64,000 bases of DNA from Chloroflexota bacterium (lineage in GTDB: Bacteria; Chloroflexota; UBA6077; SHYK01): the NCBI GenBank assembly GCA_009692845.1, contig SHYK01000006.1:16534-80533 (forward strand), read 5' to 3'. Position numbers and translations under genes: made by a program. Positions 54,862 through 64,000 of the stretch are shown in pieces. Position 1 is the stretch's first letter. The number at the start of each line of letters is the position of its first letter. Under the pieces are notes generated by a model. That model had not been told where the DNA came from, searched no databases, and saw nothing but the letters and a program-made list of their open reading frames with translations.

Positions 54862-56472
54862 TCAAGCAGCCGTGATTGGTTTCTTCTCGACCGCTGGCGA
54901 GCCGTCAACCAGCCTGGCCGTCGTGTGGGCGCTCCAATTGGCATCGTCCTTAGCCGGGAAGTCGCTGCGTCGGTGCGCGCCTCGAGTCTCGGTTCGCTGG
55001 CGGGCGGAAACGGCGATCAGTTCGGCGCAGGTCAACATCGCCCCAACCTCGAAATAGCCGGTCAGCCCGTAATTGAAGACTCGGGTGGTCGCTCCGATCT
55101 TTATGCGCGAATAGCGGTCCTTGAGGCCGCGAATCTTCCCGATGGCCGCGTCTAGACCTGCCGCGTCGCGGACCAGGCCGACTTGCTGATCCATGAGCGC
55201 CGTCAGCTCGGCATGCAGCTTGCCGGGGGTGTCGCCCGAGGTGTTCTCCCCGGTTATCCCCTGGATGCGATTCTCTTCATCGCCCAGGCGGGATTGGGAG
55301 ACACTCTTGCGGCTCTCCAGCCGAGCATGGCTGGCGGCGGCTTCGCCGGCCCGGCGGCCGAACACCAATGCCTCGGTGAGCGTGTTGCCGGCCATGCGGC
55401 TCGCTCCATGCACGCCGTTCGACGCGCACTCGCCGGCCGCGAACAGGCCGCGGATCGAAGTCTCGCCGCTAGCATTCGTCTCGATCCCGCCCATTGGGCG
55501 GTGAGCGGCGGGTCGGACTGGAATCGCTTCCTGGGTAACGTCGAGGCCCGACATGGCCTTGACCAGCTCGTGGGTCTGCGGGAACCGAGTCATGATGTTG
55601 GCGGCGCCGATCGGCCGCAGATCGATCTTGGCCGAATCGCCATTCGACGACTGGGTAGCGAGGGCGAGCTGGTGGCGGGGGAGCCCCCGGGTGTCGACCG
55701 CCGCACCCTTGGCGTCCACGAGCTGGGCCCCTTCGCCAAGGGTAGCTTCGGTGATCAGGAGGCCGGGACCGGCCGGGAAAATCATGGGGTGGAATTGGAC
55801 GAATTCCATGTCGACGAGGCCGGCGCCGGCCTGATAAGCGAGGCTCTGGCCGTCGCCAGTGGTCCCGACCGACCCGGTGGAAGGCGCGTAGAGTCGGCCC
55901 AAGCCACCTGTGGCCAGGATGACGGCTCGGGCGCTGAAGGCCTCAAGGCTACCGGATCGAAGCCCGAGGGCCAGGGCGCCGGTACAGGCCCCATCCTCGA
56001 TCACCAGAGACGTGACATACCATTCCTCGAAAGCGGTCACCCGGGCGCGCTGCAGCTGCTCGTAGAGCACCTGGAGCGCCATGTGGCCGGTGCGATCGTC
56101 GGCAAACACGCTGCGATTGCGGCTGTTGGAGCCGAAAGCGCGAAAGGCCAGCTTGCCCTGGGCGTCTCGGTTGAACGGGGTGCCGGCTCGCTCGAGCCAG
56201 AGCACGTCGCGCGCTGCTTCGCCGGCGAAGGTCTTGACCGCCTCCGAGTCGCAGAGTCCGTCCCCGGCCTGCATGGTGTCGGCCGCGAAACTTTCAGGAG
56301 AGTCGTCCGGGTCGAGGGGTGCGTTGAGGCCGCCCTGGATGAGGCCGGTGTGGGTTCTGAGTGGATGGGCTTTGGAAATCAGCCCGACTGAGGCGCCGGC
56401 CTCCTTGGCGGCAATGGCCGCTCTGAGTCCCGAGGCCCCACCGCCGATAACGAGAACGTCAAATTCTGGCAC
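54862..56472 (-). CDS. sdhA: succinate dehydrogenase/fumarate reductase flavoprotein subunit
   Basis: 536 aa with a GTG start and GAGGAG upstream. Motifs DVLVIGGGASGLRAA, THTGLIQGG, VQFHP, GLFAAGE and ETRGAHRR. Confidence 0.85.
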   Translation of the reverse strand: MPEFDVLVIGGGASGLRAAIAAKEAGASVGLISKAHPLRTHTGLIQGGLNAPLDPDDSPESFAADTMQAGDGLCDSEAVKTFAGEAARDVLWLERAGTPFNRDAQGKLAFRAFGSNSRNRSVFADDRTGHMALQVLYEQLQRARVTAFEEWYVTSLVIEDGACTGALALGLRSGSLEAFSARAVILATGGLGRLYAPSTGSVGTTGDGQSLAYQAGAGLVDMEFVQFHPMIFPAGPGLLITEATLGEGAQLVDAKGAAVDTRGLPRHQLALATQSSNGDSAKIDLRPIGAANIMTRFPQTHELVKAMSGLDVTQEAIPVRPAAHRPMGGIETNASGETSIRGLFAAGECASNGVHGASRMAGNTLTEALVFGRRAGEAAASHARLESRKSVSQSRLGDEENRIQGITGENTSGDTPGKLHAELTALMDQQVGLVRDAAGLDAAIGKIRGLKDRYSRIKIGATTRVFNYGLTGYFEVGAMLTCAELIAVSARQRTETRGAHRRSDFPAKDDANWSAHTTARLVDGSPAVEKKPITAA

Positions 56473-56631
56473 TTCCGCCCTATTCTCCTCGTCGGGATTT
56501 GGGACTCCGACCGCCGCTGGATCGGGAGTGTCGGAGCGCGCTCGGGCCGCTCAGCGGGTCAAAGGGCCGCCGGGCGCTGCGCAGCACATCATCGCCAAAA
56601 GTCCGAAGCCGCGCAATGTCTTGTTCGGGAG

Positions 56632-57699
<1,068 letters not shown>

Positions 57700-57763
57700 C
57701 TATAATCCGAGATATGGCACTGCCGTCGCTTGATCCAGAGCCGCTCGGAGTGCGGCTGGCACC

Positions 57764-58600
57764 CTAGCGGGTCGGGGCGTTCTGCCTGCCGAGCTGAGGC
57801 CAGGCGGCGGGGGCGCTGGCCTTGGCCAGGCGCTCCTCGATGGGCAGCTCCTCGTCCCAGAACTCAGCGACGACTCGGTGGTTGTTGAAGCCGTCCGAGG
57901 CGGGCGAAGCGAGCCACACGACGGGCCGCTGCATGACTTCGGGTTGCAAGCGATTGTCTTCGGCTCCTGGCGGGCGGGCCCCACCGGTCATATTGGTCGC
58001 GACCGAGCGACCCGGGATGAGCACGTTCGCCGTCACGCCGGTTCCTTCGAGCTGAAGCGCCATCGCGGAAATGAAGGCCTCATGGGCCGCTTTGGTCAGG
58101 CCGTAGGGCGCGCCCCGAAACATGGTGTCGAGGCTGGTGGTCACTCCGATGATGCGGCCCCAGCCCTGCTCCAGCATGGGCAGAGCGGCAGCCCGGGCCA
58201 TGAAGAAGGGGCCGTTGATGTTCACTGAGATCGTCCGCACCCAGTCATTGACCGGGATCTGGGTGAAGGCAGGCCGGCCAGGCTCAGCGGTGATCCGGGG
58301 ATTCACGCCCGCGTTGTTGACCAGGATGTCGAGCTTGCCGAGCTTGGCAATGGTGTCGGCAACGATGCGCTCGCCATCTTCTGGCTTGGTGACATCACCA
58401 ATGATTGTGGTCACGCAGTCCTGGCCGCCGACCGCCCGAGCGTCGATGGCGCTCTGCTCGAGGGAAGCGCCATCGATATCCACCATGGCCACCCGAGCCC
58501 CGGCTTTGACCAGCGCGAGGGTCATTGCCCGACCGAGCCCGATGGTGCTGCCGGCGCCGGTCACGATAGCGACTTTACCTTGAAGCGGCTGTTCACTCAC
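57764..58600 (-). CDS. SDR-family oxidoreductase
   Basis: 278 aa with TGAGSTIGLG, NNAG and the YGLTKAA catalytic motif. Confidence 0.85.
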   Translation of the reverse strand: MSEQPLQGKVAIVTGAGSTIGLGRAMTLALVKAGARVAMVDIDGASLEQSAIDARAVGGQDCVTTIIGDVTKPEDGERIVADTIAKLGKLDILVNNAGVNPRITAEPGRPAFTQIPVNDWVRTISVNINGPFFMARAAALPMLEQGWGRIIGVTTSLDTMFRGAPYGLTKAAHEAFISAMALQLEGTGVTANVLIPGRSVATNMTGGARPPGAEDNRLQPEVMQRPVVWLASPASDGFNNHRVVAEFWDEELPIEERLAKASAPAAWPQLGRQNAPTR

Positions 58601-58700
58601 GAGAAGCCTCCATTCTTTATCGGCTGGGTCGGTGCGTCAGGCGTTGAACTTGGGGCTCTGCCCCAAACCCCGCCAAAGGGTCGCTTGGCTGGTGGGTTCT

Positions 58701-59081
58701 CTAAATCAGTGGAGCGCTCCTCCGGATATCGGGTTTGTAAAAGCTGTGCAGGAAGTTGTGGCGGTGCGCCCATCGGTGGGTTTCTCTCAAGATGTCCACC
58801 GGCAACAGTGCGCCGGATGGGGCGGCAATCTTCAGCTGCTGGAAGCTCTTGCCGGGGTTAACCGGCGCATCGTCGGCCAGCCCAACCGAGAACCCGCGGG
58901 CTTCCACCAGGCGTTGGAGCTCTTCGAATCCCTTTAACCGCTTGTTCGGAGTCAGGTAAATCCACACGCTGGTGCTTCCCAGGAGATCCTTGAGATGGTC
59001 ATCCGCATTCGGCCCACCGAACTGGGGGTTCGACCCTTTACGCCGAGCGGCCCGGTTCAAGCCGAAGTTCTCCATGGTCAT
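58701..59081 (-). CDS. hypothetical protein
   Basis: 126-aa ORF with protein-like composition, tightly packed after the DinB-like gene. No family confidently recognised. Confidence 0.45.
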   Translation of the reverse strand: MTMENFGLNRAARRKGSNPQFGGPNADDHLKDLLGSTSVWIYLTPNKRLKGFEELQRLVEARGFSVGLADDAPVNPGKSFQQLKIAAPSGALLPVDILRETHRWAHRHNFLHSFYKPDIRRSAPLI

Positions 59082-59084
59082 GAG

Positions 59085-59528
59085 CTAGCCCAGCGCGTGA
59101 GTTTCGAAGCCGCCCAGGTGGCGGGCGTCCAACACGTTCCCTACGTGGCGGAAGGCATGGGCGTAAATGTCCAGCATGGCGTTGGCGCCGACGAGCTCGT
59201 TGCTACCCACCTTGACCACTCCGCTCAGCTGAGCGTCGGTGATCCGTCCGATCAGCTCATTGGCCCGGGCATGGGCGGTGTCGACGTAAGCCAGCAGCCC
59301 GGCGGTGGTCTGGGGCAGCTCCGGGACCGGATCGCGATCAATCCCGAGGAGGGCGCAGCTTCGGTTGAGCACCCCTCCGTAGAGGTGGACTACAACGTTG
59401 GCAATGCCCCGCTCATCGACGGCCTCATGTCCGTAGCTGACCTGCGCGTCGGTGAGGTCGCTGCAGATCCGAGTCAACTGGTTCTGCACGATGTTGTTGT
59501 TGGTCAAGAGCAGTTCTTTTGCGTCCAT
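59085..59528 (-). CDS. DinB-family (four-helix bundle) protein
   Basis: 147 aa. The His spacing (VVHLYG ... YAHAFRHVG) is typical of the DinB/YfiT metal triad. Confidence 0.7.
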   Translation of the reverse strand: MDAKELLLTNNNIVQNQLTRICSDLTDAQVSYGHEAVDERGIANVVVHLYGGVLNRSCALLGIDRDPVPELPQTTAGLLAYVDTAHARANELIGRITDAQLSGVVKVGSNELVGANAMLDIYAHAFRHVGNVLDARHLGGFETHALG

Positions 59529-59540
59529 GGCCGGGTCCCC

Positions 59541-61274
59541 CTACTTCAAGTCCCAGTTCTGGATCCCCATGATGATTCCTCGGTTGAGGACAATGCCTCG
59601 TCCGACATTCAGCACGCCCTTCCGCACCGCCACCCCGTTGGGGGTGTAGTAAACCGGAAGCATCGGGATCTCGTTGGCGGCGATGGTGAGCAGCTGGAGC
59701 TCGATCGATTGCCGCTGTCCAGGGTCTAGCGTGCCCATGGCCTTCGTGTAGAGGTCGTCGTAGGTTGAGTTGCTCCAAGCGATGCTGTTGAGCCCGACCC
59801 ACTGGTTGTTGTCGCCCGGGATTTGGGCGGAGATGAAGTCGGCCCAGTTCTCCCCGATGGCAGGCCGGAAGTTGCTGACCAATCCGCCCCAGCCGAGCGC
59901 CTGAATCTTGCGGGTCTCCAGGGCCGAAACGCCGGCTGGAGCGCCGGGAACCGGATAGATGACGTCCAGACCAGCGGTCTTCATGTAGGAGCCGAAGGCC
60001 ACGGCCTCGCGCTCGTTGTTGGAGTCAGCGGCCCGCCGGCAGCAGGGGAAGGGAACGGTCTCCCCGCCCGCGTTTCGGAGTAGTCCGTCGGCGCCCTTGG
60101 TCCATCCGGCCTCGGCGAAGAGCCGGCTGGCGGAGGCCGGATCGTAGAGATTCTTGGGCACGTTGCGCTGCTCGGCGAGCTTGTAGAGGGGATCCTGGCG
60201 GCCGGCGAAGTATTCGGCGATCGGAACGAAACCGAACTGGAGGTCCTCAGTCAGCTGCCCGCGGTCCATCGATTGCAGCATGGCCTGTCTGAACCGGACG
60301 TCCCGGGTCCAGGCCCCGTTTTCGCGCCAGTTCAAGGCCATGGAGCGCACGTCCGTCTCAGCGGTGTAGACGTCTCCGCCGTCCGGGCCCCACTGACTGC
60401 GTAGCTGGACGAGCTGCTCGGGCTTGAATCCACTCGCCGAAGGCGCTACGTCAACCGCGCCGGCCAGCATCGCCGCGACCAGCACATTGGGCTCGGGGTA
60501 CCAGCGATAGACCAGCCTGTCGATTTTGGGGCGACCCAGGAAGAATTTATCGAAGGCCTGGGCTTCGATCTGGCTGCCTATGACCAGGCTGGTGACCTTG
60601 AACGGCCCGAGGCCGATGTATTCATCCCGCCAGGCCGGACTCGCCGCGAAGGCGGGTGCCTCGCTGTTGAGGTAGGTCTCTTCGAGCGCGTGCTTGGGGA
60701 TCGCGGGGATACCCTCGATCGCGTTGGCGTTCCCATAGATCGATGGCTCCTTCCAACTAACCCGCAGCGTGTGCGGATCGACCGCCTGCACCTTCGAGAT
60801 CTTTAGCAGCTCACCGAGACCGGTTACCGGCAGCTTCTTGTCGGTGACCACCTGAAACCCGAAGGCGAAGTCTTCCGCCGCCAGCGGAATCCCGTCGTGC
60901 CAGTAGGCATCCGGGCGGATGTGCCAGGTAACTTCCATGGTCCCGTCCGGACTGACCTTCCAGTCGCCGTTCTCAATGCTCGGGACCTTCTCGGCGGCAT
61001 AAGCCACCACGTTGCTTTGCTGGTCGTAAATAGTCAGGTTGGCGTGGAAAATCTGGTACCGTTCGTACCTTGCGCTGGTGTTTCCGCCCTCACCGAGCCG
61101 CCCATAGAGGAGCACGGTGGTCGCCTCATCCTGGACCGCCATGATGAGGGTCTTGGGAGCGGCGGGCTTGGCGGCTTCTCCGGTGATGCCGGGATTGGTG
61201 GTTGCCGCCGGCGCGCAGGCCAGGGCGAGCAGGGCGGCGCCAACCAGCGGAATGATTCGACGGAACGAGCACAT
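59541..61274 (-). CDS. ABC transporter substrate-binding lipoprotein, family 5 (peptide/nickel type)
   Basis: Start at ATG 61274 (MCSFRRIIPLVGAALLALACAP lipobox). About 577 aa, with family-5 features (WHDGIPLAAEDFAFGF, GLGPFKV). Confidence 0.85.
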   Translation of the reverse strand: MCSFRRIIPLVGAALLALACAPAATTNPGITGEAAKPAAPKTLIMAVQDEATTVLLYGRLGEGGNTSARYERYQIFHANLTIYDQQSNVVAYAAEKVPSIENGDWKVSPDGTMEVTWHIRPDAYWHDGIPLAAEDFAFGFQVVTDKKLPVTGLGELLKISKVQAVDPHTLRVSWKEPSIYGNANAIEGIPAIPKHALEETYLNSEAPAFAASPAWRDEYIGLGPFKVTSLVIGSQIEAQAFDKFFLGRPKIDRLVYRWYPEPNVLVAAMLAGAVDVAPSASGFKPEQLVQLRSQWGPDGGDVYTAETDVRSMALNWRENGAWTRDVRFRQAMLQSMDRGQLTEDLQFGFVPIAEYFAGRQDPLYKLAEQRNVPKNLYDPASASRLFAEAGWTKGADGLLRNAGGETVPFPCCRRAADSNNEREAVAFGSYMKTAGLDVIYPVPGAPAGVSALETRKIQALGWGGLVSNFRPAIGENWADFISAQIPGDNNQWVGLNSIAWSNSTYDDLYTKAMGTLDPGQRQSIELQLLTIAANEIPMLPVYYTPNGVAVRKGVLNVGRGIVLNRGIIMGIQNWDLK

Positions 61275-61330
61275 CTTGAGCACTAATCCAACCTCCCACT
61301 TTCGATGTCTGGGCGCTCCCATGGACTCGG

Positions 61331-63067
61331 CTAGTCGCGATCCCAGTCGAAGATGTTGGTGTTCACGTTCCCATAGTCTGCACTGGGGCCGCGGATGCCG
61401 GTTAGCACGAGCTGAGGCAAGATTTGCCAATAGACCGGCACCAGGAAGACATCCTGGGTGTATTCATGCAGCAGCAGCTGCTCGAGCGGCAGGCGAGCCC
61501 GGGGATCGAGGGTAGTAGCCAGCTGATCGACGAGGGCGTCCGCCTTGTCGTTGGAATAGCTGCCGTAGTTCACGCCCGCCCAGTTGGTAGCGGCAGCGGG
61601 AATCTGTCGTTTGTGGGAATGGCCCGTGAAAATGGCGCTCAGGCCCGCCTGGGGGCAGCACAAATACCCGGGCCGCTTCCGCTCGACCTCTCGGTCACCC
61701 CGTTGAGCATCGCTTTGGATGACCGGGGTGGCGTTGATGCCGATCCGTTTCCAGTAATCGGCGACGATGCTGGGTACCTTCTCGACTGGGCCCGGTCGTC
61801 CCCAGACTTCGATATCGAAGCGCTGGCCATCGCTCTGGCGAACCAGCGTACCGTCTGCCCCCTTGTTCCAGCCTGCCTGGCTAAGCAGCTGTGAAGCTCG
61901 GGTGGGGTCGTAGGGATACTTGACGAGGGACGGCTCGAGCTGGGCCAGTCTCGGCTCATTCGGGGGGTAGTAGCCCTCTGCCGCCGGTGATAGACCGGTG
62001 GTCATGATGTCCGCAATGGTCGGCCGATCGATCGCGTGCTGCAGTGCAATGCGGACCGTCTGGTTGGTCTGGGTATCCAGCGGCTTGGTATAGAGCGGGT
62101 CCAGTTGGTATTCGCCGTACAGGAAGCTGCCCGTGTACACGTTGACGACCTTATTGGTGGTCCCTTCCCACCGCTTGCGAACCTCGTTCGCCTGGTCGAG
62201 GCTGATGCCCTGGCCGCTGGTTGACACTGCTACGTCCGCAGCCCCGGATAAGACACCGGTGACCTGGGCATTGGAATTCCCGACGAACCGAACGTAGATC
62301 GTATCCAGCTTGGGGCGGCCCAGGTAGTAATCGTCGAATCGGTCCGCCTGGAGATGGGAACCGCGCTCCCAGCTCACCAGCTTGTAGGGACCGAGCCCCA
62401 CGAACTCGGTGTTCATGAGGGGAGTCGTCTGGAGGTTCATTTTCTCTTTTTGATAGACCTCGTCCAGTAGATGCTTGGGCGCGATCTGCCCAGCCGTAAC
62501 CGTGTTTGCGTCCACGTACGGGCTGTTCCATTGGACGGTGAAGGTCAGCGGATCGGGGGCCGCGACCGAGTCGATGAGGCGGTCAAAGGCCGAGACCTGG
62601 GCGCCGGCCACGTCCTTGTCGCGTCGAGTCTGAAATGTGAAAACCAGATCGTTGGCCGTGAATGGCTGGCCGTCGTGCCACTTGACGTTCGGGCGAAGCT
62701 TCCAGATGGTTTGCATACTGCCGTCCGGGTTGATCTTCCAGGTGCCCTTTTCAACCGAAGGAAGCTCCGTGGCCAGGGCTGGGTCCTCGTTTTGATAGCC
62801 CCGGCTACGAGTCAGGTCGTCGTGGATGATGAAGCGGATGTTGTTGGCACTGAGCGGCGGGCCGCCGGTCGTGTAATTCTCGACGACGAACTTGGGCTCG
62901 TAAGTATCCGCGATGGTGATGACCTTTTTGGCCACCGGTTGGGCCGGTGCGCCTGAGGTCGGGCCTGTTCCACTACTCTGGGGGGCACAGGCGCTCAAAA
63001 GAGTCAGGACCCCAACCAGGAAAGAAATACTCCGTGCCCACTGGTGCCTCATCCGCTTCTTCTCCAT
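61331..63067 (-). CDS. ABC transporter substrate-binding lipoprotein, family 5 (tandem paralogue)
   Basis: 578 aa with the lipobox LTLLSACAP, plus WHDGQPFTANDLVFTF and GLGPYKLVSWERG. Confidence 0.85.
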   Translation of the reverse strand: MEKKRMRHQWARSISFLVGVLTLLSACAPQSSGTGPTSGAPAQPVAKKVITIADTYEPKFVVENYTTGGPPLSANNIRFIIHDDLTRSRGYQNEDPALATELPSVEKGTWKINPDGSMQTIWKLRPNVKWHDGQPFTANDLVFTFQTRRDKDVAGAQVSAFDRLIDSVAAPDPLTFTVQWNSPYVDANTVTAGQIAPKHLLDEVYQKEKMNLQTTPLMNTEFVGLGPYKLVSWERGSHLQADRFDDYYLGRPKLDTIYVRFVGNSNAQVTGVLSGAADVAVSTSGQGISLDQANEVRKRWEGTTNKVVNVYTGSFLYGEYQLDPLYTKPLDTQTNQTVRIALQHAIDRPTIADIMTTGLSPAAEGYYPPNEPRLAQLEPSLVKYPYDPTRASQLLSQAGWNKGADGTLVRQSDGQRFDIEVWGRPGPVEKVPSIVADYWKRIGINATPVIQSDAQRGDREVERKRPGYLCCPQAGLSAIFTGHSHKRQIPAAATNWAGVNYGSYSNDKADALVDQLATTLDPRARLPLEQLLLHEYTQDVFLVPVYWQILPQLVLTGIRGPSADYGNVNTNIFDWDRD

Positions 63068-63096
63068 TCAACAGGTCGCTCATGCAGCCAGGCGGT

Positions 63097-64000
63097 TCAG
63101 ATTGCGTAGAACTCCATCGGGTTGTCGTGGACGATCTTGTCCACGACCGCAGCCGAGATGTCTTCCCGATGGTGGAGCTCGGCGAAGATTGCGAGGTCGC
63201 CGGATGGATCGCCGCCCTTCAGTCGGTTCTCGAAGGAGACTGGATCCATGGTGGGTACCTGGCCGCCGTGGTGCCCGTAGTCGGAGCCGGCGACCAGATT
63301 GTCCTCTCCGATGTACTGCATGAGGTAGGGAATGTCTTCATCCGACTCGCAGGAGATGAACAGTCGATTGTTCTTGAAGAGCTCGGGGCCCAGGTGGGGG
63401 ACGTCGAGGGTGTTCTTGCGTCGCCAATCGCGCTCGATATAGTGCAGCACGTAGGGTATCCAGGACGCTCCAGTCTCGAGGAACCCGACCTTGAAGTCCG
63501 GGAATTTCTCGAGGATCCGGTTGGAGACTAGGTGCTGGAAGCCGATGACCGGCAGCATACGGACGCCGGGGAATGATCCGCCGATGCGGATGTCGAGGAC
63601 ATTCGTCAGCGCCGGGCAGCCGGGTCCGGTGTGAATGCACATGGGCATTCCGGCCTTGGCGGCCTCTTCATAGAGCGGGAAGAACCAGGGCTCAGCCAGA
63701 GAGCGTTCGCCCTCGATACCGCGCGCGATGAACCCGACCGCGCCGTGCTCCTGCGACCAGTGCATCTGCTCGATGCTGGCCGGGATGTCGGTAAACGGCA
63801 GCAGCGCGACCCAGCGGAGCTTATTGTGGCTCTGTTCCCAGGCTTGGGCGACGTAACGGTTGTAAGCTTTGGCCAGCGCCACGTCGAGCTTCGGATCGTC
63901 GGTCACGTGGGCGATGAACAGGGTGGGGAAAATGACCTGGGTGTCGACGCCCATCTGGGCCATCTCTTCCAGGCGAGCGGGTACGTCGTCCAATGACTTG
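63097..64000 (-). CDS. amidohydrolase-2 family (TIM-barrel metal hydrolase) protein; 5' end lies outside the window
   Basis: The ORF is open to the window edge, with FPTLF, CIHTG, GFLETGASWIPY and SDYGHH motifs. Confidence 0.75.
   Translation of the reverse strand, partial: KSLDDVPARLEEMAQMGVDTQVIFPTLFIAHVTDDPKLDVALAKAYNRYVAQAWEQSHNKLRWVALLPFTDIPASIEQMHWSQEHGAVGFIARGIEGERSLAEPWFFPLYEEAAKAGMPMCIHTGPGCPALTNVLDIRIGGSFPGVRMLPVIGFQHLVSNRILEKFPDFKVGFLETGASWIPYVLHYIERDWRRKNTLDVPHLGPELFKNNRLFISCESDEDIPYLMQYIGEDNLVAGSDYGHHGGQVPTMDPVSFENRLKGGDPSGDLAIFAELHHREDISAAVVDKIVHDNPMEFYAI

Noticed and set aside
55183-56391. Long antisense or alternative-frame ORFs. Examples: 402 aa opposite sdhA; 17585..18514 opposite gcvPB; 31416..32264 inside the MATE gene; 24733..25449 inside the GT39 gene; 43978..44835 inside the L,D-transpeptidase gene; 385..990 and 630..1028 inside the TSUP gene.
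   Set aside because: These are typical shadow ORFs of GC-rich DNA. Their translations are Arg/Pro/Gly/Ala-rich with no motifs, and in each case the overlapping frame has clear family signatures.

Overview
GC-rich (visibly above 60%), gene-dense chromosomal segment with about 62 protein-coding loci. I found no rRNA, tRNA, CRISPR array, transposase or integrase. The taxon cannot be fixed from the sequence. The gene set (F420-type LLM oxidoreductase, DinB, TreS-Mak-GlgB, type-E succinate dehydrogenase, HTH-ParA) suggests a GC-rich Terrabacteria lineage such as Chloroflexota or Actinomycetota.

Most of the window is housekeeping and metabolism:
- metF-gcvT-gcvH-gcvPA-gcvPB one-carbon operon
- nrtR-nadA, and nadD-obg
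- holB, ubiX, gmd
- a Pol II-like family B DNA polymerase
- a non-classical SdhA/SdhB/HdrB-like succinate dehydrogenase
- an OmpR/histidine-kinase pair
- two tandem family-5 solute-binding proteins
- MFS, MATE, TSUP and DedA membrane proteins

Features worth a second look:
1. About ten loci are broken or truncated while their neighbours are intact. These are a PaeR7I-like restriction-modification pair, an MBL-receiver fusion, treS-mak, glgB, an ABC-2 remnant, a MATE paralogue remnant, a spermidine-synthase-like remnant, msrP and a class II aaRS fragment.
2. A peroxiredoxin-like gene has its only in-frame TGA exactly at the first Cys of its CxxC motif, making it a candidate selenocysteine site.
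3. Two diverged MATE paralogues share a conserved promoter plus a 6-codon upstream ORF that overlaps the efflux-gene start.
4. A perfect 17-bp inverted repeat sits exactly on a frameshift junction in mak.
5. A perfect (CCGGGA)8 in-frame microsatellite lies in the spermidine-synthase-like remnant.
6. One polypeptide combines an ECF-sigma-like domain, an anti-sigma zinc finger, a TM helix and a beta-propeller.
7. An HTH-ParA gene is paired with a ribbon-helix-helix-like partner.

All calls come from reading translations and sequence by eye. No database search was possible.
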